A program made the position numbers and the translations under genes. Under the pieces are notes generated by a model. It was not told the DNA's origin, did no database searches, and saw only the letters and a list, made by a program, of their open reading frames with translations. Source: Gemmatimonadota bacterium (GTDB taxonomy: Bacteria > Gemmatimonadota > Gemmatimonadetes > Gemmatimonadales > GWC2-71-9). From it: a stretch of DNA of 64,000 nucleotides. Every line of letters begins with the position of its first letter. The first letter of the stretch is position 1. Shown here one piece after another: positions 43,017 through 52,650 of the stretch. The stretch covers positions 9,539 through 73,538 of the forward strand of contig JACQVB010000152.1 in the NCBI GenBank assembly GCA_016209985.1, given 5' to 3'.

Positions 43017-46000
43017 ATGCGAAACAGGTTTGGTCTGTTTGCAGCCATCCTGATCGTCTTCGGCGTGGGCACGACCCAGGCGCAGACGCGGGTGGTCACC
43101 GGCAAGGTGACGGACTCGCTGACGGCCGAGCCGCTCACGTCGGGGCAGGTCTCCGTGGTCGGCACGACCATCGGGACCGCGATCAAGGAAGACGGCACGT
43201 TCACCCTGGCCGCGCCGGCGCGCGACGTGATGCTCAGCGTGCGAAGCATCGGGTTCAAGCGCCGGGACGTAGCCGTGCCGGCCAGCACCAACACGGCGCA
43301 AGTGGCGCTCGAGCGCGACTATTTCCAGCTCGAGGCCATCGTAGTCACCGGCCAGGCGACCGGCGTGGAAAAGAGGAATCTCGCCAACGCGGTCGCCTCC
43401 ATCACCGGCGACCAGGTCACCAAGGTCCCCACCTCCAGTGTCGAGCGTGCCTTACAGGGGAAAGTCGCCGGCGCCCAGATCATGGATGTCAACGGTGCGC
43501 CCGGCGGGGGTAATCTGGTCCGGATCCGGGGCATCACGTCGCTGATCGGTGCCTACACCCCGCTCTACGTGGTGAACGGCGTCATCGTGAGCGACGCGAT
43601 CATTGCCCGGGGCACCAATACCATCACTCGTGCCGGCGGCACCAACATCGCCCAGACCAACCAGGCCAACGGGGTGGATGACGAGTCCAACGCCATCAAC
43701 CGCATCGCCGACCTGAATCCCAACGATATCGAGAGCGTCGAGGTGCTGAAGGGCGCTTCCGCCTCGGCGATCTACGGATCCAAGGCCTCCAACGGCGTGA
43801 TCATCATTACCACCAAAAAGGGCCGCGTGGGCGCGCCGCAGTTCGCCGTGACCCAGCGGTTCGGGCAGTCCAGGCTGAGCAACAAGTATGGCACCCGGTG
43901 CTTCAATGACCTGGCCGAGGCGACGTCGGTCTCGCGTGGCTTCGGACCCACCAACGGCGCGTCCTTCGTGCCGGGGGTCTGCCATGATTTCGAAGAGGAG
44001 TTGTTCGGCCGGCCTGCGCTGCACTACGAGACGTCCGGGAGCATGAGCGGCGGGACGGAAAACACCCGCTACTACGCCTCGCTGCTGAACAAGCACGAGG
44101 GCGGTATCGTCCCGCGGAGCTTCGCCAACAAGCAGGCGCTGACGATGAACATCGACCAGAACATCGGTTCCCGGCTCCAGCTTTCGATCAGTAGCCAGAC
44201 CATGCACACGCAGGACGATCGCGGGCTCACCGGGAACGAGAATAACAGCTCCACCCTCCAGTCTTCGTACTATGGGATCCCGAGCTGGATCGACTGGCGC
44301 GGGACCTGTCCCGATGGTTCTCGGGTGGAGAACCCCGGAAAGCCCTGCAAGGGAGCGACCTTCGCCTACGCCTCCCCGTATGTGAACAGCAATGCCTTCC
44401 AGACCGTGGCACTGATGCAGGACCGGGAATCAGTGTGGCGGGAAATCGGCTCCGCCAAGGTGCAGCTCGACGTGCTCAACACCGCGAAGCACACCTTGCG
44501 CTTCATCTCCGTCGGTGGTGGAGACGTATTCACCCAGAAGAACGCGGTCCACGCGCCGCCGGAGCTGCAGTTCGAGCAGGGCAGCGGGGTCCCCGGGACC
44601 AACGTGCTCTCCTTCAGCCAGAGCCAGCAGTTCAACGTCAACAGCAACCTGGTCTATACCCTGAAGACCTCGGCCTTCTCGGCCACGACCCAGGCGGGCA
44701 TCCAGTTCGAGTCATCCGACCTGGACATCGGCCGGGTGCAAGCCCGCAACGTGATCAGCGGGTTGTTCAATATCGACAAGGGTACGGTCACCATGACCGA
44801 CCACAGCCGGCAGCGGGTGCGCGACGTGGGGTACTTCGCGCAGGAAGAATTCCTGACGCTGGGGGAGAAGCTGCTCCTCACGATCGGCGGACGGGCGGAC
44901 CAGAGCAGCAACAACTCGGACGCCTCCAAGCTGTATTTCTACCCCAAGTCATCGATCTCGTACCGTATTCCCAATATCGGTCCGGTGAACGAACTCAAGC
45001 TCCGCGCCGCCTACGGCAATTCGGGCAACCGGCCGTTCTACGGCCAGAAGTTCACCGAGCTCAATTCGGCCAACATCGGCGGGGTGCCAACCGACCGGGT
45101 TTCCGGCACGACGGCGGATCCCGACCTCCACCCGGAGCGTGAGCGGGAAATCGAGGGCGGCTTCGATGCCACCTTGCTGGGCAGCCGCGCCAATGTGGAG
45201 TTCACGGTCTACGACAAGAAGGTGTCGGAAGTACTGTTGCAGCGCGCGCTTGCTCCCAGCATGGGTTTCAGCACCCTGATCTTCAACGGCGCGGCGATGC
45301 GTACCCGCGGACTCGAGGCACAGTTGAATCTGGTGCCGGTCCAGACGGCCGAGTTCCAGTGGAATCCGCGGTTCGGGTTCCACATGCACCGCTGCAACGT
45401 GCTGGACCTGGCGGGCCTGCCGCCCTTCCGGCCCACGTCTCGGCACAACAGCGCCACCAGCGGTCACACCTGGCTGGCGCCCGACTCCTCCTGTACCCAG
45501 ATCTATGCGCGCGATACCTTGGGCGCCTTGGGCATGAACGACACGGTGGCCCCGGACGGCACCACCCAGCCGCTCGGCACGCGGGTGACCCGCAAGATCG
45601 GCGATCAGCAGCCCAGGTACAACTTCACCGTCGCCAACGACGTGAGCTGGAAGCGCTTCAAGCTCTACTTCCTGTGGGAACACCAGAAGGGCGGCCTGTT
45701 CGTCAACTTCACCTTGACCTCTTACGATTCGTTCCACTCCAGTCCTGACTTCCTGACGCCGAGGTTCGCGGGTGACACGGTGGGGGCCGGGCGCGCCAGG
45801 ATCAACGCGTTCAATCGCGGCACTGCGCGTGCCCACCTGCTGGACGCCACGTTCTGGAAGATGCGCGATCTGACCTTGAGCTATGATCTGCCGCCGTCGT
45901 TGACGCGGAAGCTCTGGAGCGGCGCCCGCTACGTGCGGGCCAGCATCAGCGGCCGCAACCTGATCACGATCAGCGACTACCAGGGCTACGACCCCGAAGG

Positions 46001-46100
46001 CGAGCTGGTGGCCCGCTCGCTGGCGCAGGGCTCCCAGTGGGAACTGTGGGTCTATCCGCCCAGCCGGCAGGTCTTCTTCTCGGTGGACGTGGGGTTCTGA
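43017..46100 (+). CDS. SusC/RagA-family TonB-linked outer membrane receptor (copy 2)
   Basis: AAAGGAGG RBS, then ATG at 43017. MRNRFGLFAAILIVFGVGTTQAQ signal peptide. The N-terminal 190 aa are about three-quarters identical by eye to copies 1 and 3. IESVEVLKGASASAIYGSKASNGVIIITTKKG. Terminal F. Confidence 0.9.
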   Translation: MRNRFGLFAAILIVFGVGTTQAQTRVVTGKVTDSLTAEPLTSGQVSVVGTTIGTAIKEDGTFTLAAPARDVMLSVRSIGFKRRDVAVPASTNTAQVALERDYFQLEAIVVTGQATGVEKRNLANAVASITGDQVTKVPTSSVERALQGKVAGAQIMDVNGAPGGGNLVRIRGITSLIGAYTPLYVVNGVIVSDAIIARGTNTITRAGGTNIAQTNQANGVDDESNAINRIADLNPNDIESVEVLKGASASAIYGSKASNGVIIITTKKGRVGAPQFAVTQRFGQSRLSNKYGTRCFNDLAEATSVSRGFGPTNGASFVPGVCHDFEEELFGRPALHYETSGSMSGGTENTRYYASLLNKHEGGIVPRSFANKQALTMNIDQNIGSRLQLSISSQTMHTQDDRGLTGNENNSSTLQSSYYGIPSWIDWRGTCPDGSRVENPGKPCKGATFAYASPYVNSNAFQTVALMQDRESVWREIGSAKVQLDVLNTAKHTLRFISVGGGDVFTQKNAVHAPPELQFEQGSGVPGTNVLSFSQSQQFNVNSNLVYTLKTSAFSATTQAGIQFESSDLDIGRVQARNVISGLFNIDKGTVTMTDHSRQRVRDVGYFAQEEFLTLGEKLLLTIGGRADQSSNNSDASKLYFYPKSSISYRIPNIGPVNELKLRAAYGNSGNRPFYGQKFTELNSANIGGVPTDRVSGTTADPDLHPEREREIEGGFDATLLGSRANVEFTVYDKKVSEVLLQRALAPSMGFSTLIFNGAAMRTRGLEAQLNLVPVQTAEFQWNPRFGFHMHRCNVLDLAGLPPFRPTSRHNSATSGHTWLAPDSSCTQIYARDTLGALGMNDTVAPDGTTQPLGTRVTRKIGDQQPRYNFTVANDVSWKRFKLYFLWEHQKGGLFVNFTLTSYDSFHSSPDFLTPRFAGDTVGAGRARINAFNRGTARAHLLDATFWKMRDLTLSYDLPPSLTRKLWSGARYVRASISGRNLITISDYQGYDPEGELVARSLAQGSQWELWVYPPSRQVFFSVDVGF

Positions 46101-46102
46101 CC

Positions 46103-47602
46103 ATGAAAACGCCAATGAGGAATACCATGAGATACATGAATGCGGCGAAGGTGCTCGCCTTCGGTTCCGCCATCCTGGTGGCCGGTGCCTGCAAGACGCT
46201 GGATGCGCCAGACCAGAACGCCAACACCTTACAGGGCCTGATCAGCGAGCCCACCCGAGCCGGCGTAATTTCGGCGACCCAGGGACTGCTGTCAGGCATG
46301 CGGGCAGCGGGCCCGTGCACCGCATCCTGCGCGTACCTCGGGCGCGAGGGGTTCAACCTCGATCCCAGTAACCCGCAGAACGTTTCTACCCTCTACATCA
46401 CGGGCAGTGATTTCGCGTCGTGGACCACGACCTATTCCAACAACAAGCAGGCCGACCTCATCCTCACGGCCCTGGGCACCGTCGCGGGGTTTACCGCGGC
46501 GCAGAAAGAGGGCATCGCTGGCATCGCTCAGACGGTGAAGGCGGTGGATCTCATGTACACCATCCAGACCACGGACCAGACCGGCGCGGCACTGGAGGTA
46601 CCGGCGAATCCCACCGATCCGGTACCCCCGCTGGCGAGCAGGGCTCAAGTCTACGCCCGTATTTTCTCGCTGCTCGACTCGGCCAATGCCCACCTCGCTG
46701 CGGCCGGTACCAGTTTTCCGATCGTGTTCCCCGCGGGCTTCGCCGGTTTTACCACGCCGGCAAACTTTGCCAAGTTCAATCGCGCCATCAAGGCTCGCGT
46801 CGATGTGTCCTTCGGCGATTACACCGCCGCGCTTACCGACCTCGCGGCATCGTTCCTGAATGCCGCTCCCACCTCGCTGGCGCAATTGAATACCGGGGTG
46901 TACCACACCTACTCCACCAACGCGGGTGACGCGACCAACGGTGTCTACGACGCCACCGACCGCCAGCGTTTCGCGCATACCAGCTACGCGACCGAGGCTC
47001 AGCTTCAGGCAGGGGCGACCCCCGGTGACACCACCAAGCGGGATGCGCGGTTTCTGCGGAAGTTCGGAGCGGTGCGGAACGCCAGTGGAAACGCCATCGT
47101 GGGGGGGCTCGACCGCTACGGCTTCCACATCAACTGGGCCTTCCGGGTTTACAACAGCCTGGCCGATGCGATTCCAGTGATTCGGAACGAGGAGCTGATC
47201 CTGCTCCGGGCGGAAGCCAGACTGGCATGCACCGGCGTCGCGCCGGCCCCCGGCTGTACTACCAACGCGGCGGACCGGGCGGCAGCACTGGCAGATATCA
47301 ACACGGTCCGCACGGTATCGGGCGGCCTGGCGACCTTGCCGGACGAGTTGACGATCAATGTGGCCCATCCCAATACCGGCGACCCGCTGCTGGATGAGTT
47401 GTTGTACAACAAGCGGTATTCGATGGTCTGGGAAGGCGGGTACCGGCTGTTCGATGGGCGGAAGTACGGGATTCTGGCGCAGTTGCCGCACGATCAGACC
47501 GGGCACGTCGTGTTCCCGTATTCGCGTCTGCCTTCCAGTGAATGCGCGCAGCGTAACATTCCGGAGGACACGGGCGTTTGCAAACCGCCCACCGGGCTGT
47601 AG
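46103..47602 (+). CDS. SusD/RagB-family outer membrane lipoprotein (copy 2)
   Basis: ATG 2 nt after the SusC-2 stop. Lipobox LVAGAC. RNEELILLRAEA and LLYNKRYSMVWE motifs. Confidence 0.8.
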   Translation: MKTPMRNTMRYMNAAKVLAFGSAILVAGACKTLDAPDQNANTLQGLISEPTRAGVISATQGLLSGMRAAGPCTASCAYLGREGFNLDPSNPQNVSTLYITGSDFASWTTTYSNNKQADLILTALGTVAGFTAAQKEGIAGIAQTVKAVDLMYTIQTTDQTGAALEVPANPTDPVPPLASRAQVYARIFSLLDSANAHLAAAGTSFPIVFPAGFAGFTTPANFAKFNRAIKARVDVSFGDYTAALTDLAASFLNAAPTSLAQLNTGVYHTYSTNAGDATNGVYDATDRQRFAHTSYATEAQLQAGATPGDTTKRDARFLRKFGAVRNASGNAIVGGLDRYGFHINWAFRVYNSLADAIPVIRNEELILLRAEARLACTGVAPAPGCTTNAADRAAALADINTVRTVSGGLATLPDELTINVAHPNTGDPLLDELLYNKRYSMVWEGGYRLFDGRKYGILAQLPHDQTGHVVFPYSRLPSSECAQRNIPEDTGVCKPPTGL

Positions 47603-47672
47603 CCCTCCCTCCCTTCCTTCGGGCACCTCGCGGGAGGCATGCCAGAACAAGAGGGTGAAGAATGAATCAGTC

Positions 47673-47710
47673 AGGGCGGCGGGAGCGATCCCGCCGCCCT
47701 TGCTGTTGGC
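47673..47710 (+). terminator. Intrinsic terminator after SusD-2
   Basis: AGGGCGGCGGGA gcga TCCCGCCGCCCT 12-bp perfect stem followed by tgctgttgg. Confidence 0.6.
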
Positions 47711-47798
47711 CCTGCCCAAGAGATGAATGGGAAACCGGAAGGTACGAAATGAAGGAAGCCCTGTGGAGGTGGTGCAACCAGCTTTTGGGCGTTCCATA

Positions 47799-47828
47799 TT
47801 GACAACCCAACGTACGTCAAGGTATTAA
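47799..47828 (+). promoter_or_regulatory. Candidate sigma70-type promoter of SusC-3
   Basis: TTGACA (47799-47804), 18-nt spacer, TATTAA (47823-47828). About 150 nt upstream of the ATG at 47976. Confidence 0.4.
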
Positions 47829-47975
47829 CCACACCATCGCAACAGCCAAGACATCGGGAAAGCCTTATCAGCGGCAGTGGCAGGCACCACGGCGCTTTCT
47901 GACGCGGCAGTCCGGCCCGCGCGGGAGCGTCGTTTCCACAGGGTGGCAGTTCGCTTCTCAACAGGAGGAAAGCCT

Positions 47976-50900
47976 ATGAGGTACAGGTCTGTTCTATCGG
48001 CGTTAGCGTTGTTGTTCCTCGCCCTAGGGTCCGCGTCCGCCCAGACACGCATCGTGACCGGACGGGTGACGGACTCCCTGACCAACGAGGTGATCACCTC
48101 GGGTCAGGTTTCCGTTCAGGGGACGACGACCGGGACGACCATCGCGGATGACGGCACGTTTACCATTGCCGTGCCGATGCGCGACGTCGTTCTGCAAGTC
48201 CGCAGCATCGGGTTCAAGCGTAAGGACGTGGCCGTCCCCACCAGCCAGAATGCGGTGAACGCGAGTCTGGCGCGGGACTACTTCCAGCTCGAGGCGATCG
48301 TGGTTACCGGACAGGCCACGGGCGTTGAGCGCAAGAACCTGGCGAACGCCGTGGCCACGGTGAGCGCCGATCAACTGGTGAAGGCGCCCACGGCGAGTGT
48401 GGAACAGTCGCTCCAGGGCAAGATGGCCGGCGCCGACATCAACCAGAATAACGGCGCGCCGGGCGGCGGCAACATCGTCCGGATGCGTGGCGTGACGTCG
48501 ATCATCGGCTCGTTCCAGCCGCTCTACGTGGTGGACGGCGTGATCGTCAGCAACGCCGAGATCGGGCGCGGCACCAACCTGATTCAGCGGGCCTACACCG
48601 GGCCCGGGATCGTGCCGACCACCGACAATCAGGACAACGCGGTCAACCGGATCGCGGACCTGAATCCCAACGACATCGAGAGCGTCGAGGTGCTGAAGGG
48701 CGCCGCGGCCTCCGCGATCTACGGCTCCAAGGCTTCCAACGGCGTGATCCTGATTACCACCAAGCGCGGCCGCACGGGGGGCGCGCAGTACTCGCTGGTC
48801 CAGCGGGTCGGCGCTTCCAAAATCAGCAATACCTACGGCACCCGCTGCTACGCGAGCGCCGCCGAGGCTACCGCGGTATTCGGTGTCCAGGGAGGCACGG
48901 ACTTCGCGTCCGGGGTGTGCCATGACTTCGAGGACGAGCTCTACGGCAAGCCGGCCTACGCCACCGAGACCTCGGTCAGTGTGAGCGGCGGAAGCGAGAA
49001 CACTCGCTATTTCTCCTCGGCGCTGGTGAAGCATGATGGCGGGATCTCGCCCCGCACCTATGCCGACAAGCAGTCCCTGCGGCTGAATCTCGACCAGAAC
49101 ATCGGCAGCAGGATCCAGGTTGCGTGGAGCGGTGACATCATCCACGTCGCCAACGACCGCGGGCTGTTCAACAACGAGAACAACGGCAGTCCCTCGCAGG
49201 CCGCGCTCTCGTCCATGCCGAGCTTTATCGACTATCGGGGTGTTTGTCCGGACGGCAGCCGGGTGGAGAATCCCGGCAAGCCCTGCACCGGCGCCACCTA
49301 TCCGCGGACCTCGCCCTACGCTTTCAGCAATCCGTTCGAGTCGGTGGGGAGGGTATCGAACAAGGAGTCTGTGTGGCGGTCCATCTTCACCACCCGGGTC
49401 AATTTTGACCTGATCAGCAGCGCGCAGAACACGCTGCGCATCACCGGCAACGGCGGCGGCGACATCTTTACCCAGAAGAACCAGGTGATTTCCCCGCCCG
49501 ACGTGCAGTTCGAGGCGCTGGACGGGAAACTGGGCAGCTCGGCCATCGGGTTCGGGCAGAGCCAACAGTTCAACGTGAACGGCAACATCGTCTACACGTT
49601 CAAGACCAGCAGCGGGATGTCGGCCACGACCCAGGCGGGCATTCAGTACGAGACCAATGACCTGGATCGCGACAATACCCTGACCGAGAACCTCATCGGT
49701 GGGCAGACCAACCAGGGCCTGGGAACCGTGGTCACGGTGCAGCAGTATCGCGAACGCATCCGCGATCTGGGCTTCTTCGGCCAGGAAGAGCTGCTCCTCT
49801 TCAACGAGCGGCTGCTGTTGACGGCCGGCCTTCGCGCCGACAAGAGCAGCAACAACTCAGACCCGAAAAAGCTCTCCTACTATCCGAAGGGCGCGGCGTC
49901 GTACCGGCTTCCGGTCTCGGGCTTCCTGAGCGAGCTGAAAGTACGGGCGGCGATGGGCCAGTCGGGCAACCGGCCTTCCTACGGGCAGAAGTTCACCGCC
50001 CTGAACGGGGCGAACATCAACGGGCTGCCGATCTCGACCGTCAGCAACACCGCCGCGGCATCCGACCTCCGCCCCGAGCGCCAGACGGAGCTGGAAGGGG
50101 GCCTGGACGCGACCCTGTTCGGCGGTCGCGCGAACCTCGAGGTCACAGTCTACCAGAAGGGCATCAAGGACCTGCTCCTGACCCGGACGCTGACGCCGAC
50201 CGCGGGCTTCACCACGTTGGTCTATAACGGTGTGTTCAAGGATTCCACCGGGGCCGAGCAGACCACCCGGATCCGGAACAAGGGCCTCGAGCTGGCGCTC
50301 ACCATCCTGCCGGTGCAGACGCCTTCCTTCCAGTGGAATGCGCGGGGGACGTTCTTCAGGAACAAGTGCACGGTGCTCAGCACACCGGCCACATTCCGGC
50401 CCATCTCGTTCTTCAACTTCAACCAGTTCGGCACCACCCAGATCGAGAAGGACAGCTCCTGCACGCAGATCTACGCCAACGACAGTCTCGGCCGGTACGG
50501 ACCGAGCGACACCAAGAGACCGAACGGAACCACTGGCGTGATCGGCGAGGTGGTGAACCGGAGAATCGGTGATAACGCGCCCGACTGGCGGTTTGGCCTT
50601 TCGAACGAATTCACCTTCAAGCGGTTCAGACTCTACGCCCTGGTAGAGCACCAGCAGGGCGGCCTCATCGTGAACTTCAGCCGCTACACGTATGACGCGG
50701 TCGGCAACTCTGCCGATCAGAAGGTGGACGCCGGCTTCGGCTTGACCGGCGACCAGCGGGTGAACACTGCCAACAACAAGACGGCACTTGGGACCGCGAC
50801 CCACCCGGCTACGTATACCAAGCTGCGGGAAGCGTCGATCGGCTACGATCTTCCGACCTCGTTCACCAGAAAGATCTGGAGCGGCGCGCGCTACATTCGC

Positions 50901-51068
50901 CTGAACGTGACCGGGCGCAATCTGATGACGTGGTCCGAGTACAAGAAGGTGGGTTACGATCCGGAAGTGCAGCAGGTGGCCCGCTCGCTCGCGGTCGAAT
51001 CGACCTGGGAGCTGTGGGCCTATCCGTCGAGCCGCAGCGTCTACTTCACCGTCGACCTGGGGTTCTAG
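47976..51068 (+). CDS. SusC/RagA-family TonB-linked outer membrane receptor (copy 3)
   Basis: AGGAGGA RBS, then ATG at 47976. Signal peptide ...LGSASAQ. Same N-terminal domain and plug signatures (IESVEVLKGAAASAIYGSKASNGVILITTKRG). Terminal F. Confidence 0.9.
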   Translation: MRYRSVLSALALLFLALGSASAQTRIVTGRVTDSLTNEVITSGQVSVQGTTTGTTIADDGTFTIAVPMRDVVLQVRSIGFKRKDVAVPTSQNAVNASLARDYFQLEAIVVTGQATGVERKNLANAVATVSADQLVKAPTASVEQSLQGKMAGADINQNNGAPGGGNIVRMRGVTSIIGSFQPLYVVDGVIVSNAEIGRGTNLIQRAYTGPGIVPTTDNQDNAVNRIADLNPNDIESVEVLKGAAASAIYGSKASNGVILITTKRGRTGGAQYSLVQRVGASKISNTYGTRCYASAAEATAVFGVQGGTDFASGVCHDFEDELYGKPAYATETSVSVSGGSENTRYFSSALVKHDGGISPRTYADKQSLRLNLDQNIGSRIQVAWSGDIIHVANDRGLFNNENNGSPSQAALSSMPSFIDYRGVCPDGSRVENPGKPCTGATYPRTSPYAFSNPFESVGRVSNKESVWRSIFTTRVNFDLISSAQNTLRITGNGGGDIFTQKNQVISPPDVQFEALDGKLGSSAIGFGQSQQFNVNGNIVYTFKTSSGMSATTQAGIQYETNDLDRDNTLTENLIGGQTNQGLGTVVTVQQYRERIRDLGFFGQEELLLFNERLLLTAGLRADKSSNNSDPKKLSYYPKGAASYRLPVSGFLSELKVRAAMGQSGNRPSYGQKFTALNGANINGLPISTVSNTAAASDLRPERQTELEGGLDATLFGGRANLEVTVYQKGIKDLLLTRTLTPTAGFTTLVYNGVFKDSTGAEQTTRIRNKGLELALTILPVQTPSFQWNARGTFFRNKCTVLSTPATFRPISFFNFNQFGTTQIEKDSSCTQIYANDSLGRYGPSDTKRPNGTTGVIGEVVNRRIGDNAPDWRFGLSNEFTFKRFRLYALVEHQQGGLIVNFSRYTYDAVGNSADQKVDAGFGLTGDQRVNTANNKTALGTATHPATYTKLREASIGYDLPTSFTRKIWSGARYIRLNVTGRNLMTWSEYKKVGYDPEVQQVARSLAVESTWELWAYPSSRSVYFTVDLGF

Positions 51069-51070
51069 CC

Positions 51071-52513
51071 ATGACCCGCACAGAGAGGATTCGCGCTATG
51101 CGCACGTATCAGGCGACCGCCCTGCTCGGCATGGTTCTGACGCTGGGCGCGTGCAAGGGCCCGTTTGACGCCCCGAACCAGAACGCCAGCACGCTCAACG
51201 AGCTGGTGAGCGGCACCCCGAGCAAGGTGGCGGTGGCTACCGCGGCTCAAGGGTTGTTTTCCGGCATCCGCGGCGCCAACCAGGCGCTGGGATTGGGCAT
51301 TCTCGGACGCGAGGCATACAGCCTCGATGTCAGTAATCCCCAGAGTACGCCTCAGTTCTACACCACGTACAATCAGCTGACGGCGTACTGGGGAGCGTAT
51401 ACCAACAACAAGCAGGCGGACATCGTGATCGCCGCGGCGGACAAGGCGGTTGGCGTCACGGCGGCCGAGCGGGAAGGGTTCAAGGGCTTTGCCAAGACCA
51501 TGAAGGCCCTGCAGCTCTTCTATGTCATCCGCAATACGGATGTCGGCGGTGCGGCGCTGGATGCATTGGGTGACCCCACCGATCCGCCGCCCGCCATCGT
51601 CGGCAAGCCGCAGGTCTACGCCCAGATCCTGACCTGGCTGGATGAGGCCCAGACGCATCTGCTGGCGGCAGGCTCGACACTGCCGTTGTCGATGACCACC
51701 GGGTTCAGCGATTTCGGTACTCCGGCGACGTTCCTCAAGTTCAACCGAGCCATTCGGGCCAAGGTGAACCTCACCAACGCCGCGTACGCGGCGGCGCTGA
51801 CGGACCTTGGTGGCTCGTTCCTGGATGTGACCAAGCCGTTGTCATCCGGGGCGTACAACACCTACAGTACCCTCTCGGGGGATGCCCTGAATGGGCTGTT
51901 CGATCCCACCGCCCGGCAGCGGTATGCCCATGGATGGCTCGCAAGGGATGCGAAGCTTCAAGCGGGAGCCGCCCCGGGAGACACCACCAAACGAGATCTT
52001 CGGTTCCTGACCAAGATCTACGGCTTGCCGGCGTTTTCCCGGTACAACTTCAACATCAACTGGGCGTTCCAGCGGTATCCGACTAACACCACGCCCACAC
52101 CGGTCCTCAAGAACGAGGAGCTGATCCTGATTCGGGCGGAGGCGAACATTCAGAACAGCACCACGACCGGTGCGGACCCGCTGGACGACATCAACCTGGT
52201 CCGGACGACGTCCGGCAATCTCCCGGCGATCAGCGCAGCGACCTGGGCGCTGCTCAGCATCCCTGAGAAGCGGGACACCCTGCTCTACGAAAAACGCTAT
52301 TCCCTGATGTACGAGGGTGGCGATCGTTGGGTGGATCTGCGGAGATACGGTCTGCTGGGCACGTTGCCGGCAGACAGGAAAGCCGGGGTGGGGACGGTGA
52401 CGGTGACCGATCTCATCTGGCCGAACCTGCGCATTCCGGTGAATGAATGCGTGCCGAGGGGTGCCAATCAGCCGGCTGGCTGTACCGCGCAGCCTGGTAT
52501 TCCCGGAGTCTGA
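51071..52513 (+). CDS. SusD/RagB-family outer membrane lipoprotein (copy 3)
   Basis: ATG 2 nt after the SusC-3 stop. Lipobox LTLGAC. KNEELILIRAEA and LLYEKRYSLMYE motifs. Confidence 0.8.
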   Translation: MTRTERIRAMRTYQATALLGMVLTLGACKGPFDAPNQNASTLNELVSGTPSKVAVATAAQGLFSGIRGANQALGLGILGREAYSLDVSNPQSTPQFYTTYNQLTAYWGAYTNNKQADIVIAAADKAVGVTAAEREGFKGFAKTMKALQLFYVIRNTDVGGAALDALGDPTDPPPAIVGKPQVYAQILTWLDEAQTHLLAAGSTLPLSMTTGFSDFGTPATFLKFNRAIRAKVNLTNAAYAAALTDLGGSFLDVTKPLSSGAYNTYSTLSGDALNGLFDPTARQRYAHGWLARDAKLQAGAAPGDTTKRDLRFLTKIYGLPAFSRYNFNINWAFQRYPTNTTPTPVLKNEELILIRAEANIQNSTTTGADPLDDINLVRTTSGNLPAISAATWALLSIPEKRDTLLYEKRYSLMYEGGDRWVDLRRYGLLGTLPADRKAGVGTVTVTDLIWPNLRIPVNECVPRGANQPAGCTAQPGIPGV

Positions 52514-52517
52514 GCTG

Positions 52518-52650
52518 AAAGGGGAAGAGGGAAGCGGGAGGAGGGAAGCGTAAACCCTCACTCCTTAAGTGACGCGGCGCTTCGAGTACCTTCGGAGCGC
52601 CGCGTCAGTGTTTTACTCCTCCTTGTTCCCCTTCGCTCCGCTCAGGGGGG
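52518..52650. repeat. Purine-rich/pyrimidine-rich heptamer-array element (GGGAAGA-like) flanking a perfect hairpin
   Basis: Left ggggaagagggaagcgggaggagggaagcg. Right tactcctccttgttccccttcgctcc, which is imperfectly complementary. The right arm encodes the M20 C-terminus (...GAKGNKEE*). Confidence 0.65.
52570..52615 (+). terminator. Intrinsic terminator after SusD-3 (shared with the convergent M20 gene)
   Basis: TGACGCGGCGCT (52570-81) / 14-nt loop / AGCGCCGCGTCA (52596-607), followed by gtgtttt. Confidence 0.65.
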
